The notes under the pieces are model-generated. The model saw nothing but the letters and a program-made list of their open reading frames with translations. It was not told the origin of the DNA and ran no database searches. A stretch of DNA of 62,745 bases, the filler included, from Rhabdomonas costata (lineage: Eukaryota): assembly GCA_019059605.1 (NCBI GenBank). It is 42 parts of 42 records of this genome, joined end to end, with 100 filler letters (N's around TTAATTAATTAA, not from the genome) between each part and the next. Parts side by side here need not be neighbours in the genome. Positions count along the whole stretch, not along the records: positions 23,954 to 25,348 come from JAHMHO010017134.1; positions 25,449 to 26,845 come from JAHMHO010017135.1; positions 26,946 to 28,342 come from JAHMHO010017136.1; positions 28,443 to 29,839 come from JAHMHO010017137.1; positions 29,940 to 31,336 come from JAHMHO010017138.1; positions 31,437 to 32,833 come from JAHMHO010017139.1; positions 32,934 to 34,330 come from JAHMHO010017140.1; positions 34,431 to 35,827 come from JAHMHO010017141.1; 34 more parts are not named here. One strand, written 5' to 3'. Positions 23,854 through 34,726 of the stretch are shown in pieces (positions within the stretch are counted from its first letter, which is position 1; each line of letters opens with the position of its first letter). A program made the position numbers and the translations under genes.

Positions 23854-25561
23854 NNNNNNNNNNNNNNNNNNNNNNNNNNNNNNNNNNNNNNNNNNNNTTA
23901 ATTAATTAANNNNNNNNNNNNNNNNNNNNNNNNNNNNNNNNNNNNNNNNNNNNGGGGGGGTGTGCACCTCACGTGACTGCAGTCAATCCTGCCATCTTTT
24001 GTGTCCTCTTTTAAGCAGAGGTTGACCACTGACTTTCAAGGTCGCGGTTTAAAAACGTTCGCTTTTGCAGGTGCTTGTGGTTGCGTGGCAGCCACTTTCT
24101 TACTAAAACGGCATGATTGGACGTGCCTATGTTACCTTTTTACCGAAGCGAGTGGTAGGCCCCCCCGGAAAGTACTTGAAAGGTTTGGCAGGTTGAGGTT
24201 TAGTTACGGAGGCTTGCAAACGGTTGTAATGTTCGTAGCCTTTCTGCCCTAAACGCGGGAGCGGGAGGGTGTGGTGGCTAGCTTATCACGCAAGATGTCG
24301 GGAGGTGGCTGCGTTCTGCAGAATAGCTCTGTGCTGGTCTCTCCTCTCATTTCTTTCTATCACAAGCATGAATGAGGAGGGGTTCCACGTTTTTTCTTTT
24401 CTCCTCACTACTAGTGACGAGATCCCTTCACTTTACCCCACCGCCGCTGGGGAAAGTCCAGTGCTCCATGCACTGCGACGATTCCTTGTGCCTTTTCTGC
24501 TCTCAAGCACAGCCACCACTCGCACCAGCAGAGTGAATGCGGATAGCCATCGCTCGCTTCCTTCCATTTCTCAAACACTTCTTGGAGGTGAGCACACCTC
24601 TTTATGCGGGCCCGTCGGCTTTGCAACGCCATGGAGAGGAGAGAGCTCAGTACCCTTCCTTCCGTGCACTGTTCTGTGGCTGCCCTTTCTCTGGGCACTT
24701 CCAGTCATATGCGGGAGGACCTCTGGCTTTGCGCTGCGGTTCTTTTTTTTTTGCGCCAATACTTGGGCTGATGAATGGGAATAGCTCGCCTTCTCTGTCC
24801 CTCGTCGTTAATAAGCTTAATATGGGGATGCGTTATGTTGCTTATTCCCGGACATGCCTCAGTAAGGTGGCGATCAGAACCTGGCACCCCCCACCTGCGG
24901 TAGAGAAAGCTCCTATTTTTGAGAGTTCTTCGGCTGAGGGTAACTCGAGATCTGCCGAAGCGGTCCCCAGAGACGCCAGACGAATCTTTCTGTTTGTTCA
25001 GTGTCCCAAATACAATTCATGAAGATACAATACATGCAGATGCGCTGCAACCCCATGATCCCCCGACCTCGAAATAACCCGCCTGTCGATGACTGGAGCT
25101 AACCCGGATACGAGTGCTGTGATGAGGGAGCCCAAGAGGTCAGTGGTTGAGGTGACTGTGACTTTGGAGGTATGCAAAATTGGAATTTAATGATTTGTAG
25201 TGCCACTCAACGAATATCAGCGACGCGAGGGAGGGGACGCAAGGTTTTTGAAGGAGAAGGACAGGCAAGGGCATCAACGCTTTCCGTGCAGTGGGCAGAA
25301 TTATGGGAGGAGCATGATACCGAAAGCACGGATACCCCAAAACCCACCNNNNNNNNNNNNNNNNNNNNNNNNNNNNNNNNNNNNNNNNNNNNTTAATTAA
25401 TTAANNNNNNNNNNNNNNNNNNNNNNNNNNNNNNNNNNNNNNNNNNNNGTTGGTTTGGAAATAAATCCGCTTGGTCGCATATGTGACTGAAAGGGCACAG
25501 CAGCAGTAGCCCCGGAAGCTCGCACGAATACACAGGCAAAGGCACAGGCACAGGCACAGGC

Positions 25562-26382
25562 CTTGTCCAGGACTCCGCCTGTGTGGACGATCTCCTCGCA
25601 CATGGCCTGGAAGAACTCCCCCATCAGCCGCACCAGCACCTCCGAGGGCGTGGCCTCGCACAGCGAAGTGAACCCTGCACCCAACTCACCCGCAACCGCA
25701 TCTTACACAGGCACAAGGCGGACAGGCTGTTTTGCGGTTTTCCGGGGTTCATCCTTGAGCTCAGTTCATTGCATCCCTCTCTCGTTTCGGTGCAATTCTG
25801 GGTTCGACACATCATTTCCACCCTCATTTCATCATCCTCGCAACTGAAAGTAGTCACACATAACGAAGGTTAATCCTGTATTATCTTTTTTGGTGTGCTT
25901 GGGCCCGTTTGGGTGTTTCGACCACGAAATCCACCCAACCTAATGTAACTGAGGTCCAGGGGGGGGGGCTTCCGGTTTTGGGCGGGACAGCTCCCGGAGA
26001 GGGGAGTCCAACCCCGTACACGCAAGGGCACGTGCATCGCTCCCCAACCCCTGCGTCGTCTTCTGTCAGGTTCGAACTGGTGGACAAGACGTGCGTCCAT
26101 ACCTTGAGTCCGTAAAACGCACCGTAAATGTGAGTGGGTCACCAAAATGCACGTGACAGGGGGGTCCCGACAATGCCCCATCGCCAAATTAATAGGTGAG
26201 CAGGGCCTGTTGGTGGACGATGGTAGACGAAACTGGGGAGGGGGGGGGCACGCGAACCCACAATGTCTGTGAACATCAGGGTAACCGTGCACCAGGTCAT
26301 CCCGCTGTCCTGGCTCATCGCTCCGCTGAGCATCATCTTCACTACATCCCGCGGCACAAACCTCGCGAAGGCCTCCAAGCCC
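25562..26382 (-). CDS. Class III adenylate/guanylate cyclase catalytic domain, partial, two exons
   Basis: Exon 26382-26258 gives GLEAFARFVPRDVVK...VTLMFTDIV. Exon 25674-25562 gives GFTSLCE..PSEVLVRLMGEFFQAMCEEIVHTGGVLDK. The FxDIxGFT motif is split by a phase-1 GT-AG intron. Confidence 0.93.
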
Positions 26383-27115
26383 CTATTTCCACACACACAT
26401 ACACACAAACACAAACACAAACACACACACGAGACTAGTGTCTGTAGGATGAAACAAGGCGAAAGGCGTGGACAGGTAGAATGAGCGGTGTGGCCGATGT
26501 CATGCACAGTGCGTGCGCGTCGGCAAACCCGAGTCACGTGAAGAGCCGCACACACACACACACACACACAGGGGCTGATACCGAATACAGGGAGAAGAGA
26601 GTGCGCACAAAACGTGAGAAAATGCGCAAAGGGGGAAAAGTGGATGAAGCCCCTTGAATGACACAACTGAAAAAAAAAGTGAAAAGGGGGAATACTGCAG
26701 AAGAGAAAGGGGACCCATTCCGCAGTTATAGGAAAAAGAAGAACTAATATCGGCCAGAGTGCTGCAGTGCAATATCGCTGCAGAAGAGGCCACAACAAAA
26801 ACTACCGCTCCATCGCGCTGAACGACTTCTGGCAACCCCCAAACCNNNNNNNNNNNNNNNNNNNNNNNNNNNNNNNNNNNNNNNNNNNNTTAATTAATTA
26901 ANNNNNNNNNNNNNNNNNNNNNNNNNNNNNNNNNNNNNNNNNNNNTGTTGGGTTGGATTGAACTCCAAAGTGGGTGACAATAAATTGAATTGAGCTTTTT
27001 GGGACCGCATTGAACTTTCACGTTTGCACCAGAGCGCAGAGAGGCCTGGTGGAAGAAGGGCAACGTACGCTATATTTCACCTCATGCCACATGGCGCAGC
27101 CCGCATCGAGAGGAC

Positions 27116-27877
27116 CTGCTTCAGGAAGTTGTCGAAGTGGGTCAGCGTGCACTCCGCGGCCGCCACGGCCATCAGTGCTCCAGTCTGCGCGGAGTGAACG
27201 GGAAACACCACGGGCAGCGCCAGCGTCACCTGCACCGCGCCTGCCCCCGAGGACACCACAGAGGCGTAGACGGGGGAGAAGGTGTAGCCGGTGCTCAGCG
27301 CCGCGCCCATCTGGTACCACATCTGAGGAATAGTGATGCGAGAGCTGTTGCGACAATGGCAAGAGCACGCTGCCCAAGCGAGACTGCGCGTTCTGCGCAA
27401 TGCCGTAGGAGATGGGGTCCACCGCTTTTTTTTTGCTGCTGCGAGGAGGAGGAATTTTTGACTTTTTGACACTCACTGCCTTCACGGGCATGGGAGTAAT
27501 AATGCGTGAGAAAGAGAGTGAAGATACTCGGGCAGATGCGTTGTACACCGAGCCCAAGCCGATCTCCCCGTAACGGTCCGTCCACTGCGATTTCTTCCAA
27601 AGCACCCGAGGCCGGCAGGCTCGGCTGACCGTGCCTCCACTGGCGGTGCTGTTGCTGCAGTTGGGGGGCGTCACAGCAGCTGCAGGGAAGCTTCCCACCC
27701 TGTAGCCCGTCATGTTGTTGTTCACGTCCCAGTACATGTTGCCCGTGTTCGGCTCCACGTCCATCCCGAAAAGCTCGCCGTGCGGCAGCCCCAGATACAG
27801 GCTGGTCGGCCCGTTCCCAGCAAGCGCGGAAAGGGAAAGGGCTATCTCCTTGCGCAGGTCCGGAGGCGATGGGTTGG
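27116..27877 (-). CDS. dCache-type extracellular sensor domain, partial, two exons
   Basis: Exon from about 27877 to 27528 gives SLYLGLPHGELFG...YNASAR. Exon 27322-27116 gives MWY...FSPVY...VTLALPV...GALMAVAAAECTLTHFDNFL. Matches the Cache pattern Y..R.RPWY...S..Y...IT.A.PV...G.L.GV...D..L..L..FL. Confidence 0.72.
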
Positions 27878-30800
27878 CTTTTTAATGATAGCAAGAAAAC
27901 CCAATGACAGAGGCACCAAAGTAGAGGCGTGATGATGTCACGGTTTGCTATATGGAGGCACGGCGGGGGGTGCAGACAGCACTTGCCCGTTGAAGTCAAA
28001 ACATCTGCAGCTACGAGAAAGAAGAACACGGTATCGGACCAGGACGTTACGGCACGGTTTGCGGAAATGGAAGAAAAGAGAAACACAACAAAAACGTCGG
28101 ACTAAACAACAAGCGCAATGTATCCAGCTGTCCGTTTTGGAATTAATTCCATCCCTGCACGTGCGCGGAAAAGGCGCCAATCCACAGACATTCGCGCTTG
28201 AAAAAAATGTCAAACTGTCGTTCAATTATCCCCCCCGCCCCGCTGTGTAAAGCGAGTGACCGCAAGCTCATCAGAAGAAAGCGCTCCGCTTGGGCGCCCA
28301 AGCGGAGGGCTTTCTTCTGGGTGTGGGGAAATACAAAAACACNNNNNNNNNNNNNNNNNNNNNNNNNNNNNNNNNNNNNNNNNNNNTTAATTAATTAANN
28401 NNNNNNNNNNNNNNNNNNNNNNNNNNNNNNNNNNNNNNNNNNTTTGTTTTTTTTCCGTTTCTCACTGTGGTTGTTGTGCTGCTGCGTGTGATTGTATGTA
28501 ATTGCCTGCAGTCTTCTAGGGTGCATATGGGCGTACCCTGCATGTTTTTTACCCTTTGCGGTTTCTTGGTTCTCCGAAATGCTCTGGCGTTTTGTTGCTT
28601 GGAGACCAACTGCATGAATTGGCTCCTGTATGCTTTCCGGCTGCAGGACTGTTTGTGTGAGCTTTTGAACCACGCCTTCTTCGTAAGCACCCACCACCAC
28701 TACCAATGCACCTCACCTCACCTCCCATTCTTTCGCCTGGACCATTATCGCCCGCACCATTCTCAGAAGTTCTCACTAGTTTTCAGAGGGCGATGTGGAC
28801 GTCTCTTGAGAGAGGATTTATGTTGGGGTGTGGGGTTGGAGGTCGATACATGGTTTTAAGCTTGCGTCATCGCATTAGTGATTATGAGTGGCATTAACCG
28901 TGATAATCACCACCGCCCCCTTCCCCAAGTAGATTTGACCCCAATTTTCGACCTGTCCCAATTCATCCAGATGTGATATTGTTTTTGTATGCTTGCACAA
29001 TGATTGCTTGAATGTCCTGACGCTCGCTCTTGTGCGAAGATGGCTGTGTGCGCAGGTCAGTGTCAAGATTGGCCTCCCCCTCCCCAACGCGCGTACATCC
29101 GACGGCGGGAGACACGGGAGGGGTTGGCTGTGCTGTGCCCAGCCACCTTGAAGTGCAGCCTTAAGTATTTTTCCTTTGAGCCCACAGGGTTTATTATTTA
29201 GATGTGGGTGTGTTCATGTGGGGTATGAATTGAACGGAAATGGCATTTCCGAGCCCCTTTCCGCGTGGGTGGTTCCTTATAAGAATACATGTATGTTGTG
29301 GGTGCTAACCCTCCGCTGCATGGGGCAAGAAGTAGCGCAAGAGGGAGCAAGACTACCGCCAAGGGGCGCGACTACCGGCCGAGGGTGAAAGGTCGGGAAA
29401 CTTCGAACTCCAAGAACCAGCCAAGCAGTTTTTTTTTTGGGGGGGGGCTGTATAAAAGATCTCAGGACTGCTTCGGCTTTACCCTCATGGTAACCGTCTT
29501 TCAAAAAACAATACCGAAAAAAATAAAGAACGAATCGTCCACAGTTTCTATCGTTCCCAACGAGCTGGCCACCCATGTCCCTCATGCTATCCTCGAGCTG
29601 TTATGAAGCATTTGCGATGTCCATTTACACTGCTGGGATCGCATGGGTCACCTGCAGTGTTCACAGATGGGTTTACAGAAAAGCACTACCTGTATGATCA
29701 CAGCAACAAAAGTGGTCACAGTTTGGATGGAAGAACAGAATTGATTTACAGAGGTATAAAAATAAGACGTCACAGGGGCAGCAAAGCTGGGAAGCAAACC
29801 AAGACAACACAAGAAGATGCGCACTTGAGCAACACACCCNNNNNNNNNNNNNNNNNNNNNNNNNNNNNNNNNNNNNNNNNNNNTTAATTAATTAANNNNN
29901 NNNNNNNNNNNNNNNNNNNNNNNNNNNNNNNNNNNNNNNTTTTTTTGGGAATTTTTATAACGACCCCCTCTGTCCGTGCTCCCCTCACATCATGAAGCAC
30001 TGGGCGAGGCCTCCTCCCGGGCGGGTAGCCGCAGTTGGCTGAGCTTCCTCGCACGGTGCTTCATGATGTGAGGGGAGCACGGACAGAGGGGGTCGTTATA
30101 AAAATTCACAAAAAAGCCACAGAAGTGACGTTCCCACTGAAGGCAAGTAGGCAAATCGTGTTTCTGAGCGTGCTCAGAATCGACTGTAGACTGACGGTTT
30201 CCGCTGGAATGTTTTCGGCTGCTCGCTTTGCTGCCGCCACTTCGAATGCGGCTATTGACACGTGTCAGAAGTGCGAGCGGGTTCAGATGCCACTTTACAC
30301 GTCATTTTGGGCGTTTCGGGCCCTTTGTGCATTTAAGTAGGGCCCTTTTTGGACCTTTTGCAGGCCTGCACACTGACCCCAAGCTTGGCCAGGCTGCTTA
30401 ACATAACCAGCGGTGGAGCCCAGGAATACATGATGGTAAAGGAGTGGGCCGGAATGCCTCTGTCCGTGGCTATGGAGAGCTCTGGCAGGTTTCAGGGGCC
30501 TTGAGCCACAATTAAAGGCCACAGAAGATAGCGTGTGGGATTGATTTTTTGATGCACCGGTGTTGTTGGGAGAGGGGAGGCACAGGTGACGTTCTCGCTT
30601 GACCAAAACTGAGAGGAGAGGACTTACAGAAATACCCGGGAAAAAAACTGGCGACAATTGCAAGATTCTAGGTCTGAATGACAATGACAGCCATCAGCTC
30701 CCAGGCAGTCCCCTGGCAGTTCCCTTCGTTCACTGGAATCTCCTAAATGCACCCAATCCCACCTGTGCGACAGGTACAAACCCGGCCTTGTCCTTCACAA

Positions 30801-30945
30801 ACAACTCCCGCGCACCAGTCCAGTCACCGGACACCATTTCCGCACGTAACGCATCGCTAGCGTACGCGGAAGTGGGCACAAGAACTGTGTCCGAACAGCA
30901 GGTTTGCCTTATGGTGGTCTGCACCGAATACACTCACGGCTGATC

Positions 30946-31271
30946 CTATCGCCGAGGCAACCGGCGGAGCTCTTCGTCCAGGGCCTTGAAGTCCATCCCG
31001 GCCTCAGCCAGGCTCGCCTCCATCCCCGTGGGAAGCTTCATCATCTCCCGCGCCATGCGGTGCCGCCGCAGCGCCAGCTCAGCCTCCGAAAGTGCCTGCG
31101 GGGAAGCTCCACTGCTCAGCGCAGTGCTGGGGAGCTCCCCAAGAGCGGCCATCTCCTCCAGCTGGGTCTGCAGAAGCTGCAGAAAATCCTCCCGGGAGAG
31201 AGGGAAGGTCAGCCCAGAGGAGGGCTTTCCGGAGGCAAGCTCCTTCTCGTTCCCAAGGCTCAAGGCAGATC
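30946..31271 (-). CDS. Exon of an unknown helical protein
   Basis: 105-aa open GC3-rich frame after a CAG acceptor at 31272-31274. The 3' boundary is uncertain. Confidence 0.45.
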
Positions 31272-32301
31272 CTGTGCAGAAAGCAGTTTAACGGGTTTCT
31301 GGACTAATCCCATTGTGGTAAGGCCACCCCAACCCCNNNNNNNNNNNNNNNNNNNNNNNNNNNNNNNNNNNNNNNNNNNNTTAATTAATTAANNNNNNNN
31401 NNNNNNNNNNNNNNNNNNNNNNNNNNNNNNNNNNNNACGAGATGGAGATGGGAGGCTGGATGTTGGAGGTTGGAATGGAGGGTGTGTGTGTGGGTAATTT
31501 TGGCACCCTTGGTGGTTTGGGCATTCTTGGGTTGTAGGAGGTAATAAGAAGGAGGTTGATGGAAGTGATGGAGGCCTTGGGAGTGCGAAGGTTACGTTTT
31601 TGCATCTTGTTGTTTGAGTTATATGTTCTGAGTTTCGTCTTTGTGTATTTGGTTTTCGTCTTCGAAGTTCTGACTTCGGGTTTTGGTTTCTGCATTAGCT
31701 TTCCATCTTCGCAGGTTGGTTTATGTCTCTGCATTCGGTCTTCTGGTTTTAACACAGGCTATTTTTGTACCGTTTGGTTCCTTTCGGTAGCTTGGGGGGC
31801 CATTTGCTCATGTAGAAGGATAATAAAGTATAGCTCATGTAAACCTTGTCACGATCAGCTGGCACTGGCAACCACCGTACTTGTAAGAACCCAGCCGAAA
31901 GTATCACTGTGGTATATGGGGTGGAACGCCTATTCAAGTAACATAGTTTTGAACGGATTAAGTAGGCAGATTATCCATGTAGCCGGTTATCGTTAGTGTT
32001 TTCTCAATGGTGGTCTAGGGTTTGTAATGTGTTGGGTTTGTCGGCGTAGAGGGTTCTGTCTGGGGTTTGTGCTGCTTATCCATGTTGCCTCGGTACCATG
32101 CGTGACTTTCGTGTTCTTGACTTTTTCTGCTTCATGTCTCTACGTCTCACACACATCCGCGAGAGTACATATTACAGACGACAATTTCACTTTACGCGAC
32201 TGCAAGAGTACACAAATGCACAGTTCAGGCCCCAGTACAATGCATAGAAGAGGTTCATCATGCGAATTTGAGGTGATTGCGCTGATGGTGGAGGTGATCC
32301 A

Positions 32302-32800
32302 TCAGCCCCTTGATGAGGTTTGGCTCACGATAACAGGTCGAACTGTAAGTGTATGCGTATTTTTACGTTTGTTGTTACGTAGTACACTCAATTTGTAATC
32401 ATCATCATGAACGGCATTGAGGTCCCATTGCGAGTTGCTTTCCTCAAAATTCTGGTCCACATTCAGTTCAGAAGGAGCACCGTGAGATTGGAATTCCTGA
32501 TCCACAGTTTGCTGTTGGTGAGCCGGGGCATTGGAATCTACCAGTGGAAACCTCAGTGCTTGTTTCAATTCCAGTTGTTCCTCTACTTGAAGAACAAGGT
32601 CATCAGCCTGCTAATGCGCTGGCAGCTGGCCTACGTGGTCCATCTCCATCGTCTCGAATGGGATAAGCTCGCTGGAATGGAAGACGGGTCTCATCTTTTT
32701 CAGGATGCTGGCAGGTATGTCAATCTCAAAGGTGTTCTTAGTAATCTGCCTCTTGATCTTGTAAGGACCAACGTCCCAGCTGGTTCCGATGGTGCTTCCT
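32302..32800 (-). mobile_element. Ty3/Gypsy LTR-retrotransposon integrase C-terminus (GPY/F module), degenerate
   Basis: VGPYKIKRQITKNTFEIDIPASILKKMRPVFHSSELIPF at 32772-32656; in-frame TAG at 32611-32613; intronless. Confidence 0.85.
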
Positions 32801-32996
32801 CTTATTGATCAAGAGGCAGATTACAAACAACACNNNNNNNNNNNNNNNNNNNNNNNNNNNNNNNNNNNNNNNNNNNNTTAATTAATTAANNNNNNNNNNN
32901 NNNNNNNNNNNNNNNNNNNNNNNNNNNNNNNNNTGGGGGGTGTGGAGGCGATGCACGCTTCCCAGGATTGTTGATTGTTCCAGGATGTCTTGGATC

Positions 32997-33221
32997 CTAG
33001 GTGCTTACCTTTTTGAGATGACTGACGCACACTTCGTCTGCCTCCATCTTGCGCTTGATGAGGCCTCGGAGAAGCTGGAACCACCTCACCACGGAATGCT
33101 TGCACACTCCAGTGAGATGGACTGCTTGTTGCACAGAACTGCCTCCAAAAACAGCACCAGCGGCCAGGTCCCTCATCGGCAGTTTGCTCTGCTTGAAAAT
33201 GCTGACGTACCGGATGGACAG
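32997..33221 (-). mobile_element. Probable Merlin/IS1595-family transposase remnant (helix-turn-helix region before the DDE core)
   Basis: LSIRYVSIFKQSKLPM...SVQQAVHLTGVCKHSVVRWFQLLR matches the SIR..S.F..SKL.L...S......LG.S..TV..W...R pattern. The catalytic VEIDE motif is not seen. Confidence 0.55.
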
Positions 33222-34549
33222 TTGTGTTAGAGGAATTGTGTGCACTCTCTTTCCCTTCTTTTTCACTGGAGAATACACTAGTTTTTGTTCTTTCGTCTTC
33301 CTCATAACGAAGAACGGGTCAAAAAGCCTCTCCTGTACACACGGGGGGGGGGATCCAGGATGAGAAGAATGGGATGGAGCTCCCTCCCTAAGACCGACAC
33401 GACCCAAGGTGACCCATCAAGGCGAGGCCACAGGGTCCTCATGCGTGCCCGGAGAAACCCGTCAAGCCCCCAAATCCGGACTTGCAAGCACAGCCGTCAT
33501 AAAAAGGGAAATGTGCACGGCCACGTATATGCAGAGGGAGCGCACTGGAGTACCCTCACATTGTGTGCTACGTTTGACACTACGTTTGGGTGCGACGTAA
33601 AACAATCAGGACAATAATACGAGATTATCATCAAAGCGAGTCGCAGTTCGGGGGTTAGGGTTCATGGGTTATTACCAGGGGGGGAGAGGTTGGAGTTGGG
33701 CAAAGGGAAAACAAAACAACCTCCGAAAGTCTCCACGAAAATAACCTCCACATCAAAGATTCACAGTAAGGGTACACCGCCAACGGGTGCCGCCCAAGAG
33801 AACCCACAGAAAGGAAGCCAAGAGCTTTCCTAATGCTTTCACTTCCCTTCGACAGTTTTGCAGAGCCGCCCCAAAATTCCCTTTACAAAGAAAGAAACGA
33901 ACCCAGCGGAAACTACCAACTGAACGCAGAACAATGTAGGAATGAAAAGTCGGTTATTGAACAGATGCATTTGCATCACAAACAATATTTACAACCAAAA
34001 CTGACCAAACAGAGTGGAGCGATCAAAAACTTTACCGAAACCCACGACTGTAGTGAAACACAAATCGCAACCCGCGCACCCCCAAACAAATGGTCTTCCT
34101 GAATTCCCTGGGTTGAGGGCGATCACTTACGCTCTACAACTTCCTTTAGCCCCGCGAGGACGGTGGGGATCTCGTCCGCGGCGGAGTCCACCACGCGAGT
34201 TGGGATACTGCCCTTGGCCTGCACATCGGCGGCGTACGTGACCAGAGAGCCGGCGCCTGCAAAAAAATGGGGACAGTGCGCCTCTGCAACCACAAAACCC
34301 AACTCAAAAAGAGCCCACCAACTGCTGTCGNNNNNNNNNNNNNNNNNNNNNNNNNNNNNNNNNNNNNNNNNNNNTTAATTAATTAANNNNNNNNNNNNNN
34401 NNNNNNNNNNNNNNNNNNNNNNNNNNNNNNTTTTGGTGTCCCATAATCGTTTGGTTGCCCATTATTGCATTCAGTGAGAGACAGTGACATGCTGGACATT
34501 TGTCACAGCGAGACACGAAGCTTCTTCAAAGTCACACACGCATACAGAC

Positions 34550-34726
34550 CATCTTAGCGTTGGCCAGGAAGTGCCCACCGGCAATCCCCAACGTCGACAC
34601 CACCAGTCGAATGCCAAATAAAAGGGGTCGCTGGCGAGGCGATGTTGGCCCAGTGGTGATGCGAAACAAACCAAACAGAAACGCGAAGCCCCCCACGGGG
34701 TACAGAATCACGTTCCAATCGTACTC
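34550..34726 (-). CDS. Exon of a membrane protein with two hydrophobic segments
   Basis: 177 nt, phase 0/0, CAG and GT boundaries; EYDWNVILYPVGGFAFLFGLF...GIRLVVSTLGIAGGHFLANAKM. Confidence 0.55.

Noticed and set aside
25449-28342. Cyclase and Cache fragments read as one gene or cluster
   Set aside because: They are separated by an artificial linker and ordered by length, so adjacency is not evidence of linkage.
33651-33672. Telomeric TTAGGG-like sequence (also CCCTAA near 45788)
   Set aside because: Single units, not arrays.
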